A stretch of 64,000 nt of DNA from Nemertoderma westbladi. Taxonomy: Eukaryota; Animalia; Xenacoelomorpha. The notes below the pieces were generated by a model. That model worked only from the letters and a program-made list of their open reading frames with translations, ran no database searches and was not told the DNA's origin. The position numbers and the translations under genes were made by a program. The stretch is taken from the NCBI GenBank assembly GCA_032718475.1, contig JAUCBJ010001570.1, positions 62,001 through 126,000 on the forward strand, read 5' to 3'. The number at the start of each line of letters is the position of its first letter. Positions within the stretch are counted from its first letter, which is position 1. Shown here piece after piece: positions 40,475 through 52,191 of the stretch.

Positions 40475-41671
40475 TAGGGATGCGACAGAGCTAAAATTTC
40501 ATCCGGAGCCGGAGCCCGGAGTTTCCTCCGGATTACAATATGAGATCCGGCCGGAGACGGAGCCGGAGCCGGAGTTTGGTGATTGATAATTCCAGTGTAT
40601 TATTATAGTAGACATAAACAGATATGTATCCATGAGACATGGGGGGGGGGGGGTGGATTTGATGCAATTTCTTACGCGGCGAATTAATATCTCGCCTCAA
40701 TGTTAAATTATCAATAAAGGGAAATGAGCAATTTACAGTCGCATACTATTATAATCAAAACAATAAACTAACTATATTCAATATAACAGGTTACAGTTTT
40801 TTTTGGTAGTAATCAGCAGTTATTTGCGTCGATTTTCCCCTGGAGAGGGAAGGGATGAATTTCTATTGCGTCCAAAGACTCCCTGCTGTAAAATGGTACA
40901 TAAACCAATGGGTATTGTGACGAAGCCAAAAAAACTATATTGGGGGGGGGGGGGGGGGGGGGGGGAGTGATACTCTACCGACATCAAAACAACGCAGGAC
41001 ATTATTATGACCATCGCTAATTATGTCTATAATTTATGTCAGGTAATACGTCATAGGTCCTATAGTCGTTAGGTCCCGTGACATAATGTCCTGCGACAAT
41101 AGATCCTTAGTTACAACAGCTATGATTACTAGTAGAAAATTAATCTGTAACATGTGCTATCGAGTCTCGTTTATTGTTTTGGTTAGAATAATACCGGTCC
41201 GTCACTATATAACCTGCACCCTTCTCGACTGAAAAGACGACATGAACAGTACCAACCTGTTGTGGGTGGGGGTGGGGGTCAGTGGAATTGGGGATCTATA
41301 GACTGACGAACGAAACGAGAGTACATGTACAGTATTTAATATTTTTAATTAGGGAAGAATATTAATTGAATTAACTGAATCATTTCAATGTTTTTGTTTA
41401 AATATTTAAACAATTTCACAAGGGTGGGTGGGGGTTTATTTAGGAAACTTAAAAAAACAGGCTGTAAATTACTTAATCAGTTATTATGTTCATTACTATG
41501 ATATTTACATTATTCATACATCAGAAAAACTTATTATTTTAATTCGAATTTAAACAACATAAGCTCCGGATTGGCTCCGGGTTAATTTGCCCGGAGCCGG
41601 AACCAGAGCCGGAACTAGAAAATTGGCCCGGAGCTCCGGATTTCCGGAGCCGGAGCTCTGTCGCATCCCTA
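40475..41671. mobile_element. hAT-type MITE inserted in the 66-bp array
   Basis: Perfect 18-bp TIR TAGGGATGCGACAGAGCT, 8-bp TSD CTTGATAC at 40467-40474 and 41672-41679, subterminal CCGGAG repeats. Confidence 0.95.
40634..40885. mobile_element. MITE family A, diverged copy nested in the hAT MITE
   Basis: GAGACATG-G-run...GGCGAATTAATATCTCGCCTCAATGTTAA...TTGCGTCCA matches copies 1 and 2. Confidence 0.75.
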
Positions 41672-44600
41672 CTTGATACACTGCCTACTGATTTTAAGTA
41701 ACTTATCTTGATACACCACCTAGCGGTTGAGGTAGTACTTGATACACTGCCTACTGATTTTAAGTAACTTATCTTGATACACCACCTAGCGGTTGAGGTA
41801 GTACTTGATACACTGCCTACTGGTTTTAAGTAACTTAGCTTGATACACCACCTAACGGTTGAGGTAGTACTTGATACAATGCCTACTGGTTTTAAGTAAC
41901 TTATCTTGATACACCACCTAGCGGTTGAGGTAGTACTTGATACACTGCCTACTGGTTTTAAGTAACTTAGCTAGATACACCACCTAGCGGTTGAGGTAGT
42001 ACTTGATACACTGCCTACTGGTTTTAAGTAACTTATCTTGATACACCACCTAGCGGTTGAGGTAGTACTTGATACACTGCCTACTGGTTTTAAGTAACTT
42101 AGCTAGATACACCACCTAGACGGTTGAGGTAGTACTTGATACACTGCCTACTGGTTTTAAGTAACTTAGCTTGATACACCACCTAGACGGTTGAGGTAGT
42201 ACTTGATACAATGCCTACTGGTTTTAAGTAACTTAGCTTGATACACCACCTAGCGTTTGAGGTAGTACTTGATACACTAGGTTGTACTTGATACACTGCC
42301 TACTGGTTTTAAGTAACTAAGCTTGATACACCACCTAGCGGTTGAATAGGTAGTACTTGATACACTGCCTACTGATTTTAAGTAACTTATCTTGATACAC
42401 CACCTAGCGGTTGAGGTAGTACTTGATACACTGCCTACTGGTTTTAAGTAACTTAGCTAGATACACCACCTAGCGGTTGAGGTAGTACTTGATACACTGC
42501 CTACTGGTTTTAAGTATCTTAGCTTGATACACCACCTAGCGGTTGAGGTAGTACTTGATACACTGCCTACTGGTTTTAAGTAACTTATCTTGATACACCA
42601 CCTAGCGGTTGAGGTAGTACTTGATACACTGCCTACTGGTTTTAAGTAACTTAGCTAGATACACCACCTAGCGGTTGAGGTAGTACTTGATACACTGCCT
42701 ACTGGTTTTAAGTAACTTATCTTGATACACCACCTAGCGGTTGAGGTAGTACTTGATACACTGCCTACTGGTTTTAAGTATCTTAGCTTGACACACCACC
42801 TAGCGGTTGAATAGGTAGTACTTGATACACTGCCTACTGGTTTTAAGTAACTTAGCTTGATACACCACCTAGACGGTTGAGGTAGTACTTGATACAATGC
42901 CTACTGGTTTTAAGTAACTTAGCTTGATACACCACCTAGCGTTTGAGGTAGTACTTGATACACTAGGTTGTACTTGATACACTGCCTACTGGTTTTAAGT
43001 AACTTAGCTTGATACACCACCTAGCGGTTGAATAGGTAGTACTTGATACACTGCCTACTGATTTTAAGTAACTTATCTTGATACACCACCTAGCGGTTGA
43101 GGTAGTACTTGATACACTGCCTACTGGTTTTAAGTAACTTAAGCTTGATACACCACCTAGCGGTTGAGGTAGTACTTGATACACTGCCTACTGGTTTTAA
43201 GTAACTTAGCTTGATACACCACCTAGCGGTTGAATAGGTAGTACTTGATACACTGCCTACTGATTTTAAGTAACTTATCTTGATACACCACCTAGCGGTT
43301 GAGGTAGTACTTGATACACTGCCTACTGGTTTTAAGTAACTTAAGCTTGATACACCACCTAGCGGTTGAGGTAGTACTTGATACACTGCCTACTGGTTTT
43401 AAGTAACTTATCTTGATACACCACCTAGCGGTTGAGGTAGTACTTGATACACTGCCTACTGGTTTTAAGTAACTTAAGCTTGATACACCACCTAGCGGTT
43501 GAGGTAGTACTTGATACACTGCCTACTGGTTTTAAGTAACTTATCTTGATACACCACCTAGCGGTTGAGGTAGTACTTGATACACTGCCTACTGGTTTTA
43601 AGTAACTTAGCTTGATACACCACCTAGCGGTTGAATAGGTAGTACTTGATACACTGCCTACTGATTTTAAGTAACTTATCTTGATACACCACCTAGACGG
43701 TTGAGGTAGTACTTGATACACTGCCTACTGGTTTTAAGTAACTTAAGCTTGATACACCACCTAGCGGTTGAGGTAGTACTTGATACACTGCCTACTGGTT
43801 TTAAGTAACTTAGCTTGATACACCACCTAGCGGTTGAGGTAGTACTTGATACACTGCCTACTGGTTTTAAGTAACTTAGCTAGATACACCACCTAGCGGT
43901 TGAGGTAGTACTTGATACACTGCCTACTGGTTTTAAGTAACTTAAGCTTGATACACCACCTAGCGGTTGAGGTAGTACTTGATACACTGCCTACTGGTTT
44001 TAAGTAACTTAGCTGGATACACCACCTAGCGTTTGAGGTAGTACTTGATACACTGCCTACTGGTTTTAAGTAACTTAGCTTGATACACCACCTAGCGGTT
44101 GAGGTAGTACTTGATACAATGCCTACTGATTTTAAGTAACTTAGCTTGATACACCACCTAGCGTTTAAGGTGGTACTTGATACACTGCCTACTGGTTTTA
44201 AGTAACTTAGCTTGATACACCACCTAGCGGTTGAGGTAGTACTTGATACAATGCCTACTGATTTTAAGTAACTTAGCTTGATACACCACCTAGCGTTTAA
44301 GGTGGTACTTGATACACTTCCTACTGGTTTTAAGTAACTTAGCTAGATACACCACCTAGCGGTTGAGGTAGTACTTGATACAATGCCTACTGGTTTTAAG
44401 TAACTTAAGCTTGATACACCACCTAGCGGTTGAGGTAGTACTTGATACACTGCCTACTGGTTTTAAGTAACTTAGCTGGATACACCACCTAGCGTTTGAG
44501 GTAGTACTTGATACACTGCCTACTGGTTTTAAGTAACTTAGCTTGATACACCACCTAGCGGTTGAGGTAGTACTTGATACAATGCCTACTGATTTTAAGT

Positions 44601-44982
44601 AACTTAGCTTGATACACCACCTAGCGTTTAAGGTGGTACTTGATACACTGCCTACTGGTTTTAAGTAACTTAGCTTGATACACCACCTAGCGGTTGAATG
44701 GGTAGTACTTGATACACTTCCTACTGGTTTTATGTAACTTAGCTTGATACACCACCTAGCGGTTGAGGTAGTACTTGATACACTGCCTACTGGTTTTAAG
44801 TAACTTAGCTTGATACACCACCTAGCGGTTGAGGTAGTACTTGATACACTGCCTACTGGTTTTAAGTAACTTTGCTTGATACACCACCTAGCGGTTGAGG
44901 TAGTACTTGATACACTGCCTACTGGTTTTAAGTAACTTAGCTTGATACACCACCTAGCGGTTGATTAAGTAAAGTAACTTAC

Positions 44983-45117
44983 TTGATACACCACCTCGTG
45001 GTGGAAGTGAGGAACTTCCAATTCGGCCACGCATCTTTCGGCCTCCGCTTTATCGTTGGAAGAGAGAAACTCTTTAAGAAGCATAATAATTCGTGTCTGG
45101 AGCGCCTTACAAGCTTT
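44983..45117 (-). CDS. PDCD4: PDCD4-like exon (start of second MA3 domain)
   Basis: TTTACAG|AAA...CAA|GTAAGT, 135 nt. Encodes KACKALQTRIIMLLKEFLSSNDKAEAERCVAELEVPHFHHEVVYQ. Confidence 0.97.
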
Positions 45118-45562
45118 CTGTAAAGAGAATAAATAAGAAATTAAAATAAGATATTATGAAAGAGACAAATGAGCGACACTTTTTCAATGCTACCTTCACT
45201 ACCATCATGTAGACTGGAGGGCTGGAGGGCTGGAGGCGTACATATTTACTTAGAGATGACGGACAATATCTAATGTCGATTTGTAGAAAATTCCAAAAGT
45301 AAAATGTTTTAAGAGGAGCACAACTCATAGTTATTCAAGTTATTACTTATGGTCTAAATTTATGTAAATTAAAGAATACAGAGTCGATTTCGATTCTTTA
45401 TTCCCCTTTAATAAAGTTATATTTTTCAAATAGAAGCAGCTCAAGGAAACTGATCCCACGATAGTTTGTTGGCTTTTCCCCTTCTCTGTTTTTCATCTCT
45501 CATTCCATATCTCCTCTCGCTTTATGATTATACGCTCTTAATGCTTCTCTGGAGTTCAGCAG

Positions 45563-46984
45563 GTGTTACACAACCTACCTGACCACCTCCAACTCCCCAT
45601 ATATTTTCCAACAAGGCATATCCGTGTTACACAACCTACCTGACCACCTCCAACTCCCCATATGTTATCCAACAAGGCATATCCGTGTTACACAACCAAC
45701 CTGACCACCTCCAACTCCCCATATGTTATCCAACAAGGCATATCCGTGTTACACAACCTACCTGACCACCTCCAACTCCCCATATATTTTCCAACAAGGC
45801 ATATCCGTGTTACACAACCTACCTGACCACCTCCAACTCCCCATATATTTTCCAACAAGGCATATCCGTGTTACACAACCTACCTGACCACCTCCAACTC
45901 CCCATATGTTATCCAACAAGGCATATCCGTGTTACACAACCTACCTGACCACCTCCAACTCCCCATATGTTATCCAACAAGGCATATCCGTGTTACACAA
46001 CCTACCTGACCACCTCCAACTCCCCATATATTTTCCAACAAGGCATATCCGTGTTACACAACCTACCTGACCACCTCCAACTCCCCATATGTTATCCAAC
46101 AAGGCATATCCGTGTTACACAACCTACCTGACCACCTCCAACTCCCCATATATTTTCCAACAAGGCATATCCGTGTTACACAACCTACCTGACCACCTCC
46201 AACTCCCCATATATTTTCCAACAAGGCATATCCGTGTTAAACAACCTACAACCCAAACCTACCTGACCACCTCCAACTCCCCATATGTTATCCAACAAGG
46301 CATATCCGTGTTACACAACCTACCTGACCACCTCCAACTCCCCATATGTTATCCAACAAGGCATATCCGTGTTACACAACCTACCTGACCACCTCCAACT
46401 CCCCATATGTTATCCAACAAGGCATATCCGTGTTACACAACCTACCTGACCACCTCCAACTCCCCCATATGTTATCCAACAAGGCATATCCGTGTTACAC
46501 AACCTACCTGACCACCTCCAACTCCCCATATGTTATCCAACAAGGCATATCCGTGTTACACAACCTACCTGACCACCTCCAACTCCCCATATGTTATCCA
46601 ACAAGGCATATCCGTGTTACACAACCTACCTGACCACCTCCAACTCCCCATATGTTATCCAACAAGGCATATCCGTGTTACACAACCTACCTGACCACCT
46701 CCAACTCCCCATATATTTTCCAACAAGGCATATCCGTGTTACACAACCTACCTGACCACCTCCAACTCCCCATATGTTATCCAACAAGGCATATCCGTGT
46801 TACACAACCTACCTGACCACCTCCAACTCCCCATATGTTATCCAACAAGGCATATCCGTGTTACACAACCTACCTGACCACCTCCAACTCCCCATATGTT
46901 ATCCAACAAGGCATATCCGTGTTACACAACCTACCTGACCACCTCCAACTCCCCATATGTTATCCAACAAGGCATATCCGTGTT
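45563..46984. repeat. 61-bp minisatellite, 23 copies, overlapping a PDCD4 exon 3' end and donor
   Basis: Minus-strand unit AACACGGATATGCCTTGTTGGATAACATATGGGGAGTTGGAGGTGGTCAG|GTAGGTTGTGT. Confidence 0.98.
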
Positions 46985-47144
46985 TCATTCCCAACAGCGA
47001 AGTCGCGCGATGGATTGCTTTCCTTTTGAGTCCGTCGCACGCATCGGCTGTCGTATCGGCAGAAATTCGGTCGGAGCAGGTCTGTAGGTACCTCGGCGCC
47101 AGACAGTCATCGGCAACCGCGCGCGCCATAAACTGTCCAAGAAG
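46935..47144 (-). CDS. PDCD4: PDCD4-like exon (end of first MA3 domain and linker)
   Basis: TTTACAG|CTT...CAG|GTAGGT, 210 nt. Encodes LLGQFMARAVADDCL...LLDNIWGVGGGQ. Confidence 0.95.
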
Positions 47145-47257
47145 CTGTAAAGTAAAAACACAATCTATGCCGTTGCTATGTGTGTAGAGGGCGATAACTA
47201 CAACTCATAATCAATGTAATCAAATGATAACTTTCCGGATATTGTCTGTCTACCAAC

Positions 47258-47482
47258 CTCCGGAGCTTCTGGTGTATCGAGTACGAGATCCGGAAGGGAT
47301 TCCAGCAGATCATCGAACCCCGGCTCGATGTGGCATCGACCGAGAATCCGACTACCGAATAGGTCAGACAGCAGCACCGATATGAGTTGCCGTTGGGGGT
47401 TGTGGCGCTCCATCGATAGAGAAATAGCCATAGTTGTTACCTTGGATTTGTGTTCGGATATATTGAGAGATGAGAGCAGCAC
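47258..47482 (-). CDS. PDCD4: PDCD4-like exon (first MA3 domain)
   Basis: C16-AG|GTG...GAG|GTTGGT, 225 nt. Encodes VLLSSLNI...QRQLISVLLSDL...GFDDLLESLPDLVLDTPEAPE. Confidence 0.95.
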
Positions 47483-47997
47483 CTGGGGGGGGGGGGGGGG
47501 TTAGCAGCAGCACCTAATCAGCTAAATAATAGTTAGTTAATTAATTGGGAGTTGGCTTGGTCCAATGTCAGAATATACTCCGACACAGAGAGCGTTTGTC
47601 TATCCGCAGGAAATTTCCTATTTTTATTAATTTATTAAATAAAGTTAAATTTAGTAGTAAATATTTACAGCAATATCCTCTTAATAATTTCTTGAAATAG
47701 TAATAATAAAGATTTTAACTAAAACTGTGATTTGTATTGTGACTTTCGTCTATTTCATTATTAAAATGTTTCATATTGAACGCAATTTCTGAAATTAATA
47801 CATTTTCAATTTTAACTCTTACAATTTAATACATCCTGCCATATAGGAAAACACGTAAGTAGAGTAAACAAGTGATTTCTGCTTAGTGGTGTTGAAGTGG
47901 TTCGGTGACTTGGCTCTTGTATTCATAAAATATTTTTTTTTTAATAAATATACATCCCTAGTTTAAATGCATTTCGATGTAAAGGAAGGACGGATGT

Positions 47998-50900
47998 ATA
48001 GACAGACAAGGAGATTCACACAGAGTAAAAGTCAAAGATATAGAGACAGACAAGGAGATTCACACAGAGTAAAAGTCAAAGATATAGAGACAGACAAGGA
48101 GAGATACACAGAGTAACAGTCAAAGTTATAGAGACAGACAAGGAGAGACACACAGAGTAACAGTCAAAGAAACAGAGACAGACAAGGAGATTCACACAGA
48201 GTAAAAGTCAAAGATAATGAGACAGACAAGGAGAGATACACAGAGTAAAAGTCAAAGAAACAGAGACAGACAAGGAGATACACACAGAGTAACAGTCAAA
48301 GATATAGAGACAGACAAGGAGAGACACACAGAGTAAAAGTCAAAGAAACAGAGACAGACAAGGAGATACACACAGAGTAACAGTCAAAGATATAGAGACA
48401 GACAAGGAGAGACACACAGAGTAACAGTCAAAGAAACAGAGACAGACAAGGAGAGACACACAGAGTAACAGTCAAAGAAACAGAGACAGACAAGGAGAGA
48501 TACACAGAGTAACAGTCAAAGATAATGAGACAGACAAGGAGAGACACACAGAGTAACAGTCAAAGAAATAGAGACAGACAAGGAGATATACACAGAGTAA
48601 CAGTCATAGAATCAGAGACAGACAAGGAGAGACACACAGAGTAACAGTCAAAGAAACAGAGACAGACAAGGAGAGACACACAGAGTAACAGTCAAAGAAA
48701 CAGTCAAAGAAACAGAGACAGACAAGGAGATTCACACAGAGTAAAAGACAAAGATATAGAGACAGACAAGGAGAGATACACAGAGTAACAGTCATAGAAT
48801 CAGAGACAGACAAGGAGAGACACACAGAGTAACAGTCAAAGAAACATAAATAGACAAGGAGAGACACACAGAGTAAAAGTCAAAGATATAGAGACAGACA
48901 AGGAGAGACACACAGATTAAAAGTCAAAGATATAGAGACAGACAAGGAGGGACACACAGAGTAACAGTCAAAGATATAGAGACAGACAAGGAGATTCACA
49001 CAGAGTAAAAGTCAAAGAAACAGAGACAGACAAGGAGATTCACACAGAGTAACAGTCAAAGAAACAGAGGCAGACAATGAGAGACACACAGAGTAACAGT
49101 CAAAGAAACAGAGACAGACAAGGAGAGACACACAGAGTAACAGTCAAAGAAACAGAGACAGACAAGGAGAGACACACAGAGTAACAGTCAAAGAAACAGA
49201 GGCAGACAATGAGAGACACACAGAGTAACAGTCAAAGAAACAGAGACAGACAAGGAGAGACACACAGAGTAACAGTCAAAGAAACAGAGACAGACAAGGA
49301 GATACACACAGAGTAACAGTCAAAGAAACAGAGACAGACAATGAGAGACACACAGAGTAACAGTCAAAGAAATAGAGACAGGCAAGGAGGGACACACAGA
49401 GTAAAAGTCAAAGAAACAGAGACAGGCAAGGAGATACACACAGAGTAACAGTCAAAGAAATAGAGACAGACAAGGAGGGACACACAGAGTAACAGTCAAA
49501 GAAACAGAGGCAGACAATGAGAGACACACAGAGTAACAGTCAAAGAAACAGAGACAGACAGGGAGAGACACACAGAGTAACAGTCAAAGAAACAGAGACA
49601 GACAAGGAGATACACACAGAGTAACAGTCAAAGAAACAGAGACAGACAATGAGAGACACACAGAGTAACAGTCAAAGAAATAGAGACAGGCAAGGAGGGA
49701 CACACAGAGTAAAAGTCAAAGAAACAGAGACAGGCAAGGAGATACACACAGAGTAACAGTCAAAGAAATAGAGACAGACAAGGAGGGACACACAGAGTAA
49801 CAGTCAAAGAAACAGAGGCAGACAATGAGAGACACACAGAGTAACAGTCAAAGAAACAGAGGCAGACAATGAGAGGCACACAGAGTAACAGTCAAAGAAA
49901 CAGAGACAGACAAGGGGAGACACACAGAGTAACAGTCAAAGAAATAGAGACAGAACAGACAAGGAGAGACACACAGAGTAACAGTCAAAGAAACAGAGAC
50001 AGACAAGGAGATACACACAGAGTAACAGTCAAAGAAACAGAGGCAGACAATGAGAGACACACAGAGTAACAGTCAAAGAAACAGAGACAGACAAGGAGAT
50101 ACACACAGAGTAACAGTCAAAGAAACAGAGACAGACAATGAGAGACACACAGAGTAACAGTCAAAGAAACAGAGACAGACAAGGAGATACACACAGAGTA
50201 ACAGTCAAAGAAACAGAGACAGACAATGAGAGACACACAGAGTAACAGTCAAAGAAATAGAGACAGAACAGTCAAGGAGAGACACACAGAGTAATAGTCA
50301 AAGAAATAGAGACAGAACAGACAAGGAGAGACACACAGAGTAACAGTCAAAGAAACAAAGACAGACAAGGAGATACACACAGAGTAACAGTCAAAGAAAC
50401 AGTCAAAGAAACAGAGACAGGCAAGGAGATACACAGAGTAACAGTCAAAGAAATAGAGACAGACAAGGAGAGACACACAGAGTAACAGTCAAAGAAACAG
50501 AGACAGACAAGGAGAGACACACAGAGTAACAGTCAAAGAAACAGAGACAGACAAGGAGATACACACAGAGTAACAGTCAAAGAAACAGAGACAGACAAGG
50601 AGAGACACACAGAGTAAAAGTCAAAGATAATGAGACAGACAAGGAGAGACACACAGAGTAACAGTCAAAGAAACAGAGACAGAACAGTCAAGGAGAGACA
50701 CACAGAGTAACAGTCAAAGAAACAGAGACAGACAAGGAGATACACACAGAGTAACAGTCAAAGAAACAGAGACAGACAAGGAGAGACACACAGAGTAAAA
50801 GTCAAAGATAATAAGACAGACAAGGAGAGACACACAGAGTAACAGTCAAAGAAACAGAGACAGAACAGACAAGGAGAGACACACAGAGTAACAGTCAAAG

Positions 50901-51757
50901 AAACAGAGACAGACAAGGAGATACACACAGAGTAACAGTCAAAGAAACAGAGACAGACAAGGAGAGACACACAGAGTAACAGTCAAAGAAACAGAGACAG
51001 ACAAGGAGAGACACACAGAGTAACAGTCAAAGAAACAGAGACAGAACAGTCAAGGAGAGACACACAGAGTAATAGTCAAAGAAATAGAGACAGAACAGAC
51101 AAGGAGAGACACACAGAGTAACAGTCAAAGAAACAGAGACAGACAAGGAGAGACACACAGAGTAACAGTCAAAGAAACAGTCAAAGAAACAGAGACAGGC
51201 AAGGAGGGACACACAGAGTAACAGTCAAAGAAACAGTCAAAGAAACAGAGACAGGCAAGGAGGGACACACAGAGTAACAGTCAAAGAAACAGTCAAAGAA
51301 ACAGAGACAGGCAAGGAGGGACACACAGAGTAACAGTCAAAGAAACAGAGACAGACAAGGAGAGACACACAGAGTAACAGTCAAAGAAACAGAGACAGAC
51401 AAGGAGAGACACACAGAGTAACAGTCAAAGAAACAGAGACAGAACAGTCAAGGAGAGACACACAGAGTAATAGTCAAAGAAATAGAGACAGAACAGACAA
51501 GGAGAGACACACAGAGTAACAGTCAAAGAAACAGAGACAGACAAGGAGAGACACACAGAGTAACAGTCAAAGAAACAGTCAAAGAAACAGAGACAGGCAA
51601 GGAGGGACACACAGAGTAACAGTCAAAGAAACAGTCAAAGAAACAGAGACAGGCAAGGAGGGACACACAGAAAAACAGTCAAAGAAACAGTCAAAGAAAC
51701 AGAGACAGGCAAGGAGGGACACACAGAGTAAAAGTCAAAGAAACAGAAAACAGACAG
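47998..51757. repeat. 44-bp purine-rich intronic minisatellite, ~85 copies
   Basis: Unit GAGACAGACAAGGAGAGACACACAGAGTAACAGTCAAAGAAACA. Confidence 0.97.
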
Positions 51758-51887
51758 TCTGATAATTGTTTCTAGGAATTCCAGAATCAATAAGATGTTT
51801 GTAAATTTAGTTCCTCAAAAGCTCTGGCCGAGTTTTTGCTCTGTCAAACACAAACGGAAAGACATTCAGATATTATTGTGTACGTAC

Positions 51888-52001
51888 CCCAACTTCTTGT
51901 GTCTGTCCGTGTTCCAAATATTCTTTAAGAATCGGAGAAACAACGTTCCGGAATTCTTCGTCCGATAGTGGCGGACTTACACTTCCAATAATCACTCCAT
52001 C
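51888..52001 (-). CDS. PDCD4: PDCD4-like exon (start of first MA3 domain)
   Basis: TTTCATAG|GAT...GGG|GTACGT, 114 nt. Encodes DGVIIGSVSPPLSDEEFRNVVSPILKEYLEHGQTQEVG (cf. PIIQEYFEHGDTNEV). Confidence 0.93.
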
Positions 52002-52191
52002 CTATGAAATACAACAGATAATTAATTGAGGAACATCAAATGGTAAAGAAGAAATGGGAATTGAGTACTGCTGTAGTAGCAATACTATATACAGTATACA
52101 CTACTATATAATAATTTTTTTGTTTTTGCTTTGATAATGATAATGGATTAAATCGCAGTATTTTATAAGTTTTTTCGCCCATGTGAAGATA

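Larger units (their letters stand above)
38610..44997. repeat. 66-bp intronic minisatellite, ~78 copies, filling almost a whole PDCD4 intron
   Basis: Unit CTTGATACACCACCTAGCGGTTGAGGTAGTACTTGATACACTGCCTACTGGTTTTAAGTAACTTAG, built from two CTTGATACAC subunits. Confidence 0.97.

Noticed and set aside
40051-51610. Short ORFs inside the 66-, 61- and 44-bp arrays
   Set aside because: Repeat translations; only the segments bounded by splice sites and matching PDCD4 were kept
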